Source: Oopsacas minuta
Lineage: Eukaryota > Animalia > Porifera
DNA: 64,000 nt
Direction of reading: 5' to 3'
Assembly: GCA_024704765.1 (NCBI GenBank)
Contig: JAKMXF010000055.1
Coordinates: forward strand, 1-64,000
Both the position numbers and the translations under genes were made by a program. The notes beneath the pieces are model-generated. The model saw only the letters and a program-made list of their open reading frames with translations. It did no database searches and had not been told where the DNA came from. Shown piece after piece: positions 37,579 through 50,074 of this stretch; within the stretch, counting starts at the first letter, position 1; every line of letters begins with the position of its first letter.

Positions 37579-38589
37579 TAACAAATCCCTGATTCCGAAG
37601 CTATCAGAGCGATTAGGTGCTTCAATGTTCTTCTGCGTGGTAAATTGAAGATTCGCATAGTGCAAATGATATATCACTTGCAGAAGGTTCATTTATTGTG
37701 GCATCATTGAAATCTGTCTGAGATTGCTCTGTGAATATTTTGAAATTGTTTTTCGTTTAGTTTTGAGCTCGTAAATGTGTGCATTATGGTCAGTATCACT
37801 ATGGTTGTGTTGGCTTGAAATGGATTGGCCAAATTTGTACCCGACTTATTTTGTAAGTTGTTCTACATTTCATAGATTTTAAGAAAAGGCACCTGAGATA
37901 GATGAGGCTATCGATTATTTTCGATTTGATGTATTTATGGACAACTGTGGTTTCTAAACCTTGCCCTTGCTCACAGTGGGCTACTTTGGTGCATTAGGCC
38001 CGAATTCTTTCAATGAGCAATATGTGAGATATCAGCTGAAATAATTAAGTATTTCAATTTTTGTGGTCAATCAAATGCAACACTTGATTGCTGTATTCTA
38101 TGTTTTATACATCCGTTATATAAATGACAGAAGCTATTTCAGTAATCTATTGAATTTATGATGCATACTATTGTTTATCTACATGCTTTCCAAGCAAAGT
38201 GAGTGGGCTGAATTTGAATAGAACATTCATTTTCTTGAGGAACGAAAAGTTTAATCAGATATTACGGATACAATACTGCGAAAAGTTTTTCAATATTTCT
38301 CTCGACCATAAGCCATCCTGTTGACAGCAAAATCATTTCCACTAGTTTTCACCCTGAATTATTAGAATGTATTCCTTTTAAGTAATATAAGTATTATATT
38401 AAAAGTACAAATGCCGCTTCATTGCGCAACATTTTTAATTTTTCAAATTCTATTCTCACATCTACGTTGCTATGGCGCAATATAATGCAATTACATGGTC
38501 ATTTTACACCTATATAACGCAGTAATTATTTATATATATTGCATATTACGAGGTAGTATACAAGTTCATTTACTTGATAACCTATTGAA

Positions 38590-39200
38590 CCTCTACTTAT
38601 CAAATTCACGATGGCTGCTGCAACAATATTATCTGAAACCCGAAAACACGTCTTGACTGGGCTATCATATTGAAGGTTCATAACCATGATATCAATCAAG
38701 CAGCAGGTGAAGTGTTGCGATTACTAATTTTCGAGGAAGACAATAAACATTCTTAAACTCTCTAATGTCAGAAAGAGTAAGGAATCAATTGAGAGCTTTG
38801 ATGGTGAGTGCTGGAGTGGAAGTATTCCATGGATCCCTGTTAAACCCAAGAGCACTCAATCATTCCTTTCTGTTCAGCCTGTGATGTAAAAATCGGTGTG
38901 TGGTGCAGGGAAATGTAGCGCAAATTCTTTAACAATCGGCGTTTCACTCAATGAGAATGGTTTTGTTCACCTAAATGGTCATGTTAAACTAGAAGTCGAA
39001 GCTTGAATGTTTGACTGCAAAACCTTAGCGACGATGACAAGTGAAGGAGGAGCGCCATGTATTGCCTACAAAGCAACCCGAAGTGATATGAATAGTATTA
39101 CGATAGTTGTTTGCTGGTTTCCTTTGGGTTGTTCGATATAGGATATCAAAGAGACACTCCGTCAGTTAACCTCTGATGAAAAGAGTTGATGAGCTACAAT
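38590..39200 (+). pseudogene. RAG1-like/Transib transposase relic (third family, internally deleted)
   Basis: VKLEVEA*MFDCKTLATMTSEGGAPCIAYKATRSDM aligns with VDIIRSMFDGKMAAILSGAGGASCQMCTATHKDL. MSERVRNQLRALMVSAGVEVF aligns with VGRRKYTQLRQTLLPDNIHF. Confidence 0.6.
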
Positions 39201-39308
39201 ACAAAAGACCAGCTTTAGCCAATCGGAGGCCCCCTTCCCTAGGATAAATATCATGAAATGTCAACAGTGATTTACTTTAACATAAAATCATGGTACTGCA
39301 CTTATTTC

Positions 39309-39830
39309 CTAAAAGAGGACCTTCCCACATATAGCTGTGGCAATGTCGTCAATTATGTGTGGAAAGTCCAGTTTGTTACAAAGCTCGTACTCTTTCGAAA
39401 TCTCTGCCATTGCATTCAAGCGATCCTGGGTCAGGAACATGGTTGTTTGCAGGAAGTTTTTGATCAATTTCAAACGAGAGAAGCTTCTCTCCCCTGTCGC
39501 CACTGAGATGCAAGCGCTTCTTACTAGTGTAACAAAGGCAATTAAACAATTATTGCAACCATCTATTTCCAAAACTTTAAATTGGTGGCAATTACAGATT
39601 TTCTATCTTCGGTAATATACAGATGAACAATTTCTGGCATTTCAAAACATATAACGATTCGTGTGAAAATGATGCTTCTTAAGTTGGTACCCCTTTTTTG
39701 CCTCGGCGCCATGCTGTGGCCATTAAAACGAGACCAATTGCAAAACTAAAGTGGCATGAGTGAAGCACATAAGGGATACTTCAAGAAACTTTCGCGTCGA
39801 ACACATATATGCCGGATAAATATCAAATTC
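39309..39830 (-). pseudogene. hAT (ZMYM1-like) relic including the C-terminal dimerisation domain
   Basis: SVATGERSFSRLKLIKNFLQTTM..QDRLNAMAEIS. Confidence 0.8.
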
Positions 39831-40789
39831 CAGTAGCTTCTTAAGAATTTAACAGGAAATTTCTAAAATTTTATTTAAATTGAAAATGAGATTTCCTGAA
39901 AATCAGACTTGATAACCCTTAACTTAATTCGCTTTGTTAAAATAGCAAATTTGTGTTGCTGACCTGTGTAATATGATATTTACTTTTCAAATACCGCTTC
40001 ATTCCGCAACAAATATATTTTATACATTCCATTCTTCAATTGCGTTACTTTGTAATTTTCATACAATGTACCTCTGCAAAATGTTTACAGATTTGAAAAC
40101 ATAATTTGCCAGCTTGAAAAAGAGCACAATTTAAGTATATTATATCTAGGTACGTTTATCCTCTTATATTCTACAGTAGATCAACCTCTAACTTTGAGTT
40201 AGTGGTGAATAGAGTGTTGAATCTTTTGAAATACTTTTCTAATGCAAATTTACATCTATAAGTGTCGGATATGTGCCGGAACAATTTGATTTGTATTGAA
40301 ATTTAAATTTCTTTGACTGTTTTATCCAATTATGTTTACAAATAGTCCTGATTAATTTTCTCAGATGTATTTTCAAACAATGACGAAAATCAAATCTTGA
40401 ATTACGAGTAAATTCATAGTCTGTGTGATATAATGCATTTTATCCATTTTTCTTTTCTTTATATGTGATGTATGGTGGTGTTCGGGTTTATCAGAAGATT
40501 TCGACGTCCGAGCGCCACTACTTATAGAGTTTCCACTATATCATGTTTGGATAATCTACCGAAAATTGATGGATGTTCACGAAAATGGCCACAGACATAT
40601 TATAGCTAAATTAAATCTATGATACATTTGAATCCTGCATAGTGTTTCCTTGATTTATTCTTTTTGACTGTGGTATTTTGAATATGTTGAGTTAGATTGT
40701 ATATACGATAGGCGAATGGTAACCATATACAATAAATATTCAATTATTTTGCTCAATGCTAAAACTGTTGATGTCTTCACATTCCTATT

Positions 40790-41125
40790 TTGTATGCAGT
40801 GCTGAAACGAAGAAGAATGGAAAATTCAGAATCGAAAGTTCTAAAGCTTCGAAACGAAGTTCTAATAGTTCAGAATCGAACATTGAAAAAAAATGTAAGA
40901 ATTCTAAAAGTGGAGATAAAAAAATTGGACAGGATTGTAACAGATTTGTCCAACAAGGTGAATCATTTGGCGGAGAAATTAGAAAAAGAGACAGAAACAA
41001 GAGCAGAGATAGAACGGCACGCTGCGAACGACAGACTAGAAAAATATTTAATGGAGACGAAAATAGAAGAAATGCAGGAGAGCATCTTTACATTAACGAA
41101 GAAAATGACGGAACTGTTCCCCTGA
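40790..41125 (+). CDS. Hypothetical coiled-coil protein or exon (111 aa)
   Basis: Heptad-rich E/K/L sequence; possible splice acceptor ttttgtatgcag just before 40800, or Met at 40817. Confidence 0.4.
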   Translation: MYAVLKRRRMENSESKVLKLRNEVLIVQNRTLKKNVRILKVEIKKLDRIVTDLSNKVNHLAEKLEKETETRAEIERHAANDRLEKYLMETKIEEMQESIFTLTKKMTELFP

Positions 41126-41474
41126 GAGGTAATTTACTATATATTTATACCACAGCCTCCCAATGTATAGCCTGATCACGGGATAGAATTTCCTGGACCA
41201 TCGATTACTTCAAGTCTATTAAATTTGGCTTGCAATTTTACCCTATAATATATAATATGTGCAATTTGGCTCGAATAAAATTATTATTGATGGTTGATAT
41301 ATTACACGTACCATATCATCCAACTATTCCCGGTTTGAAATGACGTATTCTGTTTGTTTTAATTAGCAATACTTTATTAAAAATGCATCATTGGTAAGCT
41401 CTAATATACGATCACTAATATATCTTCAATTTAAGAAATTATATAAAGTATTCTAAGGATGTTTATGTATATAA

Positions 41475-41860
41475 CACAGGTCAACAAAAAACTATTTCTA
41501 TCTCTTGGCTCAGATTGTTGGGGTGGTTTTAGGGTATATCGGGGTTGCTGTATCCGAAAATACTATTAGTTTTGCTGAATTGGCTCTAGTTTTCTAGATA
41601 TTACACAACCTTAAATTTTAAGGTAATACTACAAATATTTTCGGTTTGTATGTTTATATCAAGATTTACAACTATTTGTTCACCACATAGAACCTTTTAT
41701 GGATTCAAAACGCAGTAAACGTTGTTGCCTCAATGATCCTGATGTCTTTTGCTGTATTTGTGGTGAATATATGGCAAAGGAACATCATTTTAATATTAGA
41801 GATGTCACCAAAATAGCTTATCAGGCTTACTTTGGTATTAAATTAGGCGATCAGGATAAG
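41475..41860 (+). mobile_element. Chapaev3-like transposon 5' end (ends at N41861)
   Basis: TAA then CACAGGTCAACAAAAAA terminus; ORF CCLNDPDVFCCICGEY...AYFGIKLGDQDK. Confidence 0.75.
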
Positions 41861-41861
41861 N

Positions 41862-41991
41862 TCGGAATTCCGTCAGATACATGAATTACTGCATCTTTGA
41901 TTCTAAAATTCATCATGAGTAACCAAGTACTGAATGTTTTACATAGGATTCGAATGCAGAAATCAATTGTACAACTTCAGATCTTTATTAA
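41862..41991. repeat. 130-bp perfect inverted copy of 47975-48104
   Basis: Base-by-base identity to the reverse complement. Confidence 0.95.
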
Positions 41992-41992
41992 C

Positions 41993-42421
41993 CAGTGCTG
42001 TCAAGTGAATTCAGAAAATTTCCTGAGATTGCCTAAAAATGTATGAATAAACCAAATTTTTACGAAGCATTTTCAAATCCTTAATGGGCCCCAACAGGTC
42101 TTAATCTGCTTTTACAAATGCCATTTGCTAACAACTTGATATTAATTATCATTATAAATGTAGATTCATGGACGCTTTCGCGTTTGTAAACTATAAACTA
42201 TAATCACTATCAGCATGCAACAAACTATCAAAGTACTATTTTATATGGTCGTACTACTTCGAGAAAATAACTCGTACATCTCGTACAAGAAGTTAACAAA
42301 AATTATTACACGTACATATAATTCGCTAGAAATAGGTAGAAATAAGTCTTTACACGTAGATACGTAGATAGCAGTCAAATTTACATAGTCTACGTAAATT
42401 TACGGAGACTTGGCAGCACTG
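41993..42421. mobile_element. hAT-type MITE (429 bp)
   Basis: TIRs CAGTGCTG(T/C)CAAGT; degenerate TSD TTATTAAC vs GGATTAAC. Confidence 0.75.
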
Positions 42422-43230
42422 GGATTAACCGATCACTGACGAGTGTTATGCTCTTAATGAATAGGAACACTAAAGTTTTACTACTCTGTTTTAACCAATT
42501 GCTGCTCCAAAAACGAGATTTGAGCACCTTTTGAAGTCATAAAATCACTCATTCCCCCGACAGTATTCGGTAATGAACGGATAAAACTGAATACAAGCTT
42601 GATAAATATTTTTGCTTGATTCCTCCAAAATATTTGATCATTCATTTATACAGTGGAGCCACTCAAAACGTACATTCCTAGAAGCGGACAACCAAAACCC
42701 CTTTACAATGGACAAACCTCCTGGAACTGAATCAAATTGCCGGAATTCACACTCAACAATTTGATTGATTCAACTCATATAATGCCTTCAAAAGCAAAAC
42801 ACAAAAAGTATAATGCATATTTATGATACACATTACGTCATCCAAACACGTATTAAAGCATTTCTTGAATGTTCGGAAGTCTTTAGGCTACATAGTAGAG
42901 ATCATCCTAATAGAAGTTACTTCCAAAAATATTTGGGTTAAACGTATAATACGTATCATACGTAAAACGTCCTCATTGAAAGTCGTATTTAACAACTTTA
43001 TACTTATGTATAATTTTCTATTCGGGCGTAGAAGTTCATAATGGGGCAAAAGGCTGAGACTTTGACATCATGAAACAAATGAGTAATTGAGGAACTTTAA
43101 GGCCACACCCTTCTCTTTAGGTAACCTGTGGCACTAAGCTGTCGTACAGCGACCTAGCAAGTGAAGCGCGCAAGTTGAATTATATTTGTTATTTCTTAAT
43201 TTTCTTCGTGACATTTTGAGCATACCAGCA

Positions 43231-45790
43231 ACCAAAACATGGGTTTTATGCTTTTTGGGGCATAATGAATCTTTCATCACTCTCATAACCATGGATGGGC
43301 CCAAATATGTATCTTTCCGCATCACAACATATTCTGTAGCTTATGAAATGTGTTTGTAATTTCTTGAACTTTATTAACATTTAGTTTTATCGCAAGCAGC
43401 AAAACTTGTTTTTATGTAATTTGGAATTTCTTTAATCTACCAGTTACAGTCATAACCATTTCTATGCCCAAATACAAACTGTTTTACTCATCAATTGTAT
43501 AATAATTATATTTCTCTAAGATTTTAATTCTTGACCGTGTTTTGCTTTGTATTTTATATCCATTGCCAAAACTTATTTCCTGTGCTTTTTGGGACGTTAG
43601 GAATCTATCAACAACGCATGTCCATTTGTCTTATGATTGAGTGTCAATTATGACATAATCTAAGCCTATTGAAATTTTATATCGTGTTCTCTTGATTATG
43701 ACTGCCACATTTCAGATTATCGACCCAACCAAAACATGTTTTTGTGTTTTTTGTAACATTTCGAATCTTCTGGTCGCTCACACTATTACTGATGGTCCTA
43801 ACTATAATTTGTCCTATTCTAATTATTTGATATATACTCATACGTAGCGATCTGATTCTAGACGAAATTTTCAAAATGGCCCCAAGTCCCCGACTGTTGC
43901 ACCAATGTATGATGTAGAAATATCAATGTGTTCTAAACTGTTTTATGCAGCTTAGATTGTTTATATACTTTGTCAGAGCCCGATTCTTTATTTCGCAATC
44001 GCCAAACCATATTTATGCCCCACTATTTCTCCAACACCACAGAAATACTCCATCCGTGGGTTAGGAGGTATGAACACCACCAAGATATGTATCCTGTGGT
44101 TCTTAGAATATTTGAATATGTCAGTCACTCACATATCCATGGATGGACCTCAATATGTTTGTTTACGTACCAAAAATATTTTTGTGACTCTTGAGATCAA
44201 GTTGTATTTTCCTTGAATTTATTGGTGCTCTTTGGATTTTCTTTAATCTGTCTATCATTCACATGACAATGTGAATTAATGTAAAAGTTTCCGAATCATA
44301 ATATTTACTAATGCTCCAGTAATATTATTCTATTTCAAGAATGTTTTCATTACTTTTTCTTTTAGAGCCACCACCAAGACTTGTATGTGTATTTTTTTAA
44401 TTCTTGGGATCGGTCTGTCCTCACACAACCATTGATCGGCCCAAATTTTCATGTGCCGATTCTATATTAATTGTGAACTAATAATTACAGAGCCGTAGTC
44501 ACCGATCCGGTTGTTCCTGTTTTAACCTGACTACTTTTACCTGCAGTTTCCTAAATCTCACAATCTGTCAGGTTGTATAGTTGAACCTGGCCTTTTGTTC
44601 AGGTTATATTCAGCGCCGTCAGAAGGAAAACATTATTACCGCAGCTCGCTGCTTATTGATAATATTATCAAAAGTAAGGTTTACCCACCCTTAAGGGAAT
44701 TGTAAATACTTAATAGTTTACATAATTCCCCAGCTAAGCGGTCTACCCTCATGTATTAGGCTGATCACTCGGCGTTTGAAAACATTGGACCGCCCACAAA
44801 GATGGAAATTTGGCCATTTCCTGGCCGATTCTTAGAAGGGATAGTGAATATACATTGGTACACCAATTTTAGAATCCTTCCACTCACTCCAAAGTAACCT
44901 ATTATTGTGATAACATTGGGGTCTTGTTCTATGAGCCTGGGTAGCCGTAGACCCAAGAATCATAATTTTGGATATATTCGTCAAGCTATATGTAATCTTC
45001 ATCATTGTCCAGGCCTTTATCAATATTTAGTTAGTATCTTTATTTTTGAAAATATGATTTTAAAATATATAATTTTTCCGTAGAAACAAGCCTAAGATAT
45101 GCGAAAATTTAGGGCGCTTTCAGTTATATTCACATCAAATTTATTTGCATTCCCCGAGAAATGTTGCAAGAATTGAATATTTTGAATACGAAAATAATAT
45201 CCAGCGCTTATATCGTTGATGTGGACATTGATTCTGTATTATATAGCTTTATCTGACCACTTGGCCTTGTTTTGCTGTATTCAACAGGACCACTTGTATT
45301 TTCATGGCTACGGCCCTGAATTAACAAATACATTCTAGAAATTGCAATATTCTCACAATAGCCCTAGTATATATATATTATTTGGTCAAATACATATATT
45401 TAGGCCTATCGGTGTTCATGTGTGTAGCTCACCAGCTCAAAAATCCAACAAAAGCACTAAATACATGTTCTTATGGTGACCATAAAAATACTACCACACA
45501 CACATTCTAGATGTTCCAATATTTTGCAATAAGGCCTAAGCTAAATTATGATTCAGGAACATTATAGTTAGGTCCATCAGTGTTCATGAGAAAGACTTAC
45601 CTATTTTTTTATATGAAAAAGAACTAACCATTTTTTTGTTTTTCAAAACAAATGCAACAAATCATTCTAGAAATTCTTAAGTTAATAGTCTCACCACCAT
45701 CACCAAATCTTGTGTCCCATGTTTTTTGAGATACTTTGTTTCAGTCATTTCCTCAAACTACTATACTGCTTAGATACAAATATGTCCGAA
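43231..45790. repeat. Dispersed array of about 7 degenerate ~80-bp units in both orientations
   Basis: ACCAA(A/G)A(C/T)(A/T)TG followed 61-67 bp later by GAT(G/C)G..C.AA. Plus copies at 43231, 43728, 44079, 44373 and 45702; minus copies at about 45400-45477 and 45570-45640. Confidence 0.7.
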
Positions 45791-46545
45791 TCAAAATATA
45801 TACTTACCCTATTCTAATTTTGTGATTTTATAAGATTTTTTGATTTTTTGCTTCTTTCGGCCAGATAGTAATCATGCCTATGTCTGGAAGATAAATAGCA
45901 CAATTCCTTTTCTTACATTATTGCGGATAACTTGCTCAGTTCACTAGAATGACTAGATATTATAACTCATCTTCTTTGTTGATTTGAATTTTAATTATAC
46001 TTAATTTAATTTCTGTGTATATGCTAATATGTTCTATTTCTATCTACATTCTTTGACGCCTATTATGAACTCTCTTATCCTGTGTCCCATCGGATTCCTG
46101 ATAAATTTTTCCTTCGACATTCGTAATCAATCTTTTTGCTTATTATTTTGTATATATTTTATCAATTAGATTGTAACACTCTCTTTGGGTTCTTGGTTCA
46201 CAATAATCTACCCCTTACTGTACTGTTTTTGTTTTTACTTCATAACTTTGCTCTCCAATTTTTGTTGCTCTTTCCTTTTATATTCTACACTTTCTACTAA
46301 TTCTGTGTTTTTGATTGGATGCATGTTAAATGCTCGAGTCCAGGAGAAAAACAATTAAGTGAGTTAAGTTTTTAACATTCAGGTGAGTTGTGTGTTTCTC
46401 TCCAGACTATTTCGCTTAATAGTGCGTAATTATATTAGCTAATGGATCTAGTATTGAATCACAATTGACTCAACAATTATTGGATCTTCTATTTATTTAC
46501 TTAAATTGCTCCGCCCTGGAAGCACTTGTGGATTTGATTGATATT

Positions 46546-47058
46546 CTAGGGTGCGACCCGTGCGGGCTTTATTGTAAATCACGGGCTGCGGGCTTTTTTC
46601 CACGGGCCGCGGGCACAAAACGGGCTGAAAAGAGTCAAAAAGAACAATTTTACAGATGATGAATATACTTTAATTATAGAATTAGGTCATGAAATGATTA
46701 CTATTTTAGTATATGTAAGTATCACAAGTATTATAAATGTTATTTTCGTTTAATCTAATAATCCCCATAGAGAGGTAGAATCATGTCAGTGTTATCTGTA
46801 ACTAACGAAACAATCAAATTGTTGTATATATATAAAGTTTTATATATATACTATTTGCGCACACGATTTCCCGCATCTTATAACGCGGAATTTATAGGAA
46901 TTCTCAATTCTTTGAGAATACATTCACGAATTCAGCCAACAGTGCCATAAAATAAACAAATTTCCTAAATCACGGGCTGGTAGAATAAATAAGCGGGCCG
47001 CGGGCCGCGGGCTTTGATAGCGGGCCACGGACCACGGGCTTTACGGGTCGCACCCTAG
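46546..47058. mobile_element. hAT-type MITE (513 bp)
   Basis: 16-bp perfect TIR CTAGGGTGCGACCCGT; perfect 8-bp TSD TTGATATT; GCGGGC/ACGGGC subterminal repeats. Confidence 0.92.
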
Positions 47059-47759
47059 TTGATATTTCATTCAAATCCGAATCAAATCAATTCAAATTGA
47101 AATTAGATACATCCGAATCAAATCTACCCAAATCACATCCAAATAATATTGAGAGAATTTATTGAGATGCGTACTTAGTTAGATATGATTTAATATAATA
47201 CTATGTAGATAATACGTGTATAACGTGTAATAATCTAAGAAGACGTATTACACAACAGTAGATATAATAGTATATATTACTGTAGTGTACAGATAATTAT
47301 CCACCGTTATTATGAGCACCAGCCACCAAATTTTCAAAATTATTTGACTCAAATATTTAATCAAATCCAAATCCAAATAATAATAATAGTCAATCAAATT
47401 CCGGATAAATAAAATTTACAACTCTGTCTGGAAGCCGAAAATGTGCATCCTATCTAGGCATTAGACGATCCTCAATTATAGGATCTAGATCCCATCCCGA
47501 TCATGCCTGAAATTATGATCTGCGTTCCCGGTGTCGATCTTAAATTCTAAAAGGATGTCTGATCCGATCACGATCCAATTTGAGATACTCTTATAATCTA
47601 ATTGATCATCCATATTTTTAAATACAGGTGAATATTTTCAATGCTATAGCTCGATGTTTCGATTATGAGTTATGGAAAAATATAATCTATTTATCTATTC
47701 ATACATGTGCAGTATGTCATTTCTAAAAGTGCTACCATGTATTATTTTATATTTAAACA

Positions 47760-48104
47760 GAGTTGGCAAGTTTAACCCCCTCCCCATGGTTTAATCCGGG
47801 GTACACCCCTATTTAGTGGGTTAAACCCTATTTTATGGTCAAAACTGGTTATCACACTATGCTAAACCTTATTTAATTGGGAAAACTACCTAAACTGTGT
47901 TTGAGACTCTAATTTCGGATTTCCAGACTATAATTTGATTAAATTGTAAACACAATAAATAATCAAAGTCCTCATTAATAAAGATCTGAAGTTGTACAAT
48001 TGATTTCTGCATTCGAATCCTATGTAAAACATTCAGTACTTGGTTACTCATGATGAATTTTAGAATCAAAGATGCAGTAATTCATGTATCTGACGGAATT
48101 CCGA
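47760..48104 (+). repeat. Dispersed repeat copy (related to 7690-7920 and 41862-41991)
   Basis: Direct similarity to the 7.7 kb copy and perfect inverted identity to the 41.9 kb segment. Confidence 0.85.
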
Positions 48105-48931
48105 AATTTTCGTGCAACCATGATTTGTTCAGTCAACTCCCAACACGACAATTAGTCAAGCAATTCATAATTGAGAATCATAAATATTAGGATTCTTTAA
48201 TTCTGCAATATGTCATCCTTTTGATTGATTTAGATCTTTACATTATGTATAATGAGTAAAGAACCTGTGGTATTTTTTAGATTCCTAATATACACCTCTG
48301 TAAAAATTAGTTTTATAGGTGGTTTTCCTGATCAATGTAAATTTATTGGCAAAACAACATCAGGTACAATCTCATTATCAGTTTTCATACTTAAGTATCA
48401 CAGAGTAAGTGTTTCTCAGAGTGGCGTAGAGAAGTTCATATATGAGGGATACATTTGGTAGATTTAGAGAAACAACTCACTGTCTGGCTCTTCAACGAGG
48501 ATTATGTAAAGTAATACTATACAGACAAGGGTTTCTGAAATTATGCGCAAAATTATAGTCTTCCTTTTTGTTAGGAATGTAATACTTCTACCGTAGTTGT
48601 TATTATAGAGGAATATTGAATATTTGCTGTGTGTCGTGAGGCAGTCATTTGCGGATTTTTTGTGCCGCATTCTACTGCGTAGCCATAGTAAAGAGTTCCG
48701 GCCGTGCCATCTTCATTTTCAACCTGAGAGAACTTCACCCTCTCGATGGATGGAAATTGCTTCCCATAGTCAATATTAATGGTACCTCCTACTGATAGCT
48801 AATTTATTCAACAAATACTGGTTAAATACATATAACGAAATGTAGAAATTTTCTGACGTTTGTAGCAAAAATCCTTATTAGTGCCAAAATTGGTGAAATT
48901 AATTCAAATGATATACAGATAGTATCTTAGC

Positions 48932-48985
48932 GTCAAAAGCTGGTAAAACGCCGGGTATTCCGCCGGCATTTTACCAGTTTTTGAC
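48932..48985. repeat. Hairpin-forming inverted repeat (23-bp arms, 2 mismatches, 8-nt loop)
   Basis: gtcaaaagctggtaaaacgccgg / ccggcattttaccagtttttgac. Confidence 0.85.
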
Positions 48986-50074
48986 TATTCAGTCTGTCAA
49001 TAGACACAATTGCATTGACAAATTCTCCAAGGACATTTAGAATGAAATCGGGATAAGGGCGATTTTTCGCAGTAAACGGGCTAATTGGGACTATTTTTGA
49101 ATTTGTTTGGAAAATTTCCATAATTGTATTCTTAATTTGTTAGGATTTTATTCGAATGTTATTGTTGAAAGCATATTGGAGATTTCGTCTCTGCTATCCT
49201 TATTAACGGAATACAGCCTGGAAATTGTATCATTTTATGACCTCAATAATTTAGCCCAAATTTTGAAGTTCTCAAGGATTTCTAAGTAATTCAGTATTAA
49301 ACTTAAAACAAAATGGCTACGCAAATTTTTATCACATATTCAAATTTGCTTCGTCATTTTGAAGTTTAATATGGAATGACTTCGAAATTCTTGAGAACTT
49401 CAAAATTGGGCTAAATCAAACCCAGTGAGTCATGTGGCCTCATTTTACGGTATGCAGAATGTTTGCCAAAGGGAGATCTGTTTCTTAGGGTCTTACCATC
49501 CTTATCATCTAAATCACAATAAATGTGAATAATCTAATACTCTAATTTTTTAATAATGGTTCAAACATGTTCATTTAATTATTAGTCTTAAACACATATA
49601 ACGGAAGGAAGTGAACACAGACTCTATCTTAGTAATATTAGTACGACTCACCAGATATTCAAAGGAATACCAAAACAACTTTTCTCACTTCTTTATTTAA
49701 CATAAATTTCTTATTAGTGTTAAAGCCAATACCATCCATTATTTAGGCAGAATTTGTATCCACTCTTTCCCAACATTTTTCAAGATATGTATCGCTACCA
49801 CATTTACGAAAGCATTACACATACTATGAATTAACGCCAGCTGAAACATATCTCAATATATCCTAAAAATTGCATAATCATGAACGATTTGTGATTATAA
49901 GTGATAATATGAAATGTACCAACTTTCTTCTTTACCCTAATGTCGTTCTTTTCAAAATAAAACCCGTAATTTTGAGTAAATGAGGTTTTGTTGGGGTTCG
50001 AATACTCTGCTGAATCCTTTGCTAAGTTAACACTCGTTACCTAGCCGCATATATTCTTTAGGGAACAATTAGTA

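Larger units (their letters stand above)
33569..38050 (-). mobile_element. FLYWCH-MULE transposase relic (5' and central part), interrupted by the RAG1-like element
   Basis: HNH...YELKTKRKTISKYSQSNLRQI..ISFALCESSIY (37.6-37.8 kb) continues across the TAACA TSD into TTTYGDYYK, QFFQLWTIFIAVENH, LMTAKGKDLY, VHGCWYYLAQ, GYPRIWTFVNAL. Confidence 0.8.

Noticed and set aside
7771-37978. Other CACAGTG/CACTGTG heptamers (about 7771, 19627, 30165, 37972)
   Set aside because: Unpaired, no TSD, lie inside other features; several are expected by chance in 64 kb.
45900-46330. Penelope/LINE-like relic
   Set aside because: Low-complexity, stop-rich frames with no diagnostic RT or GIY-YIG motif.
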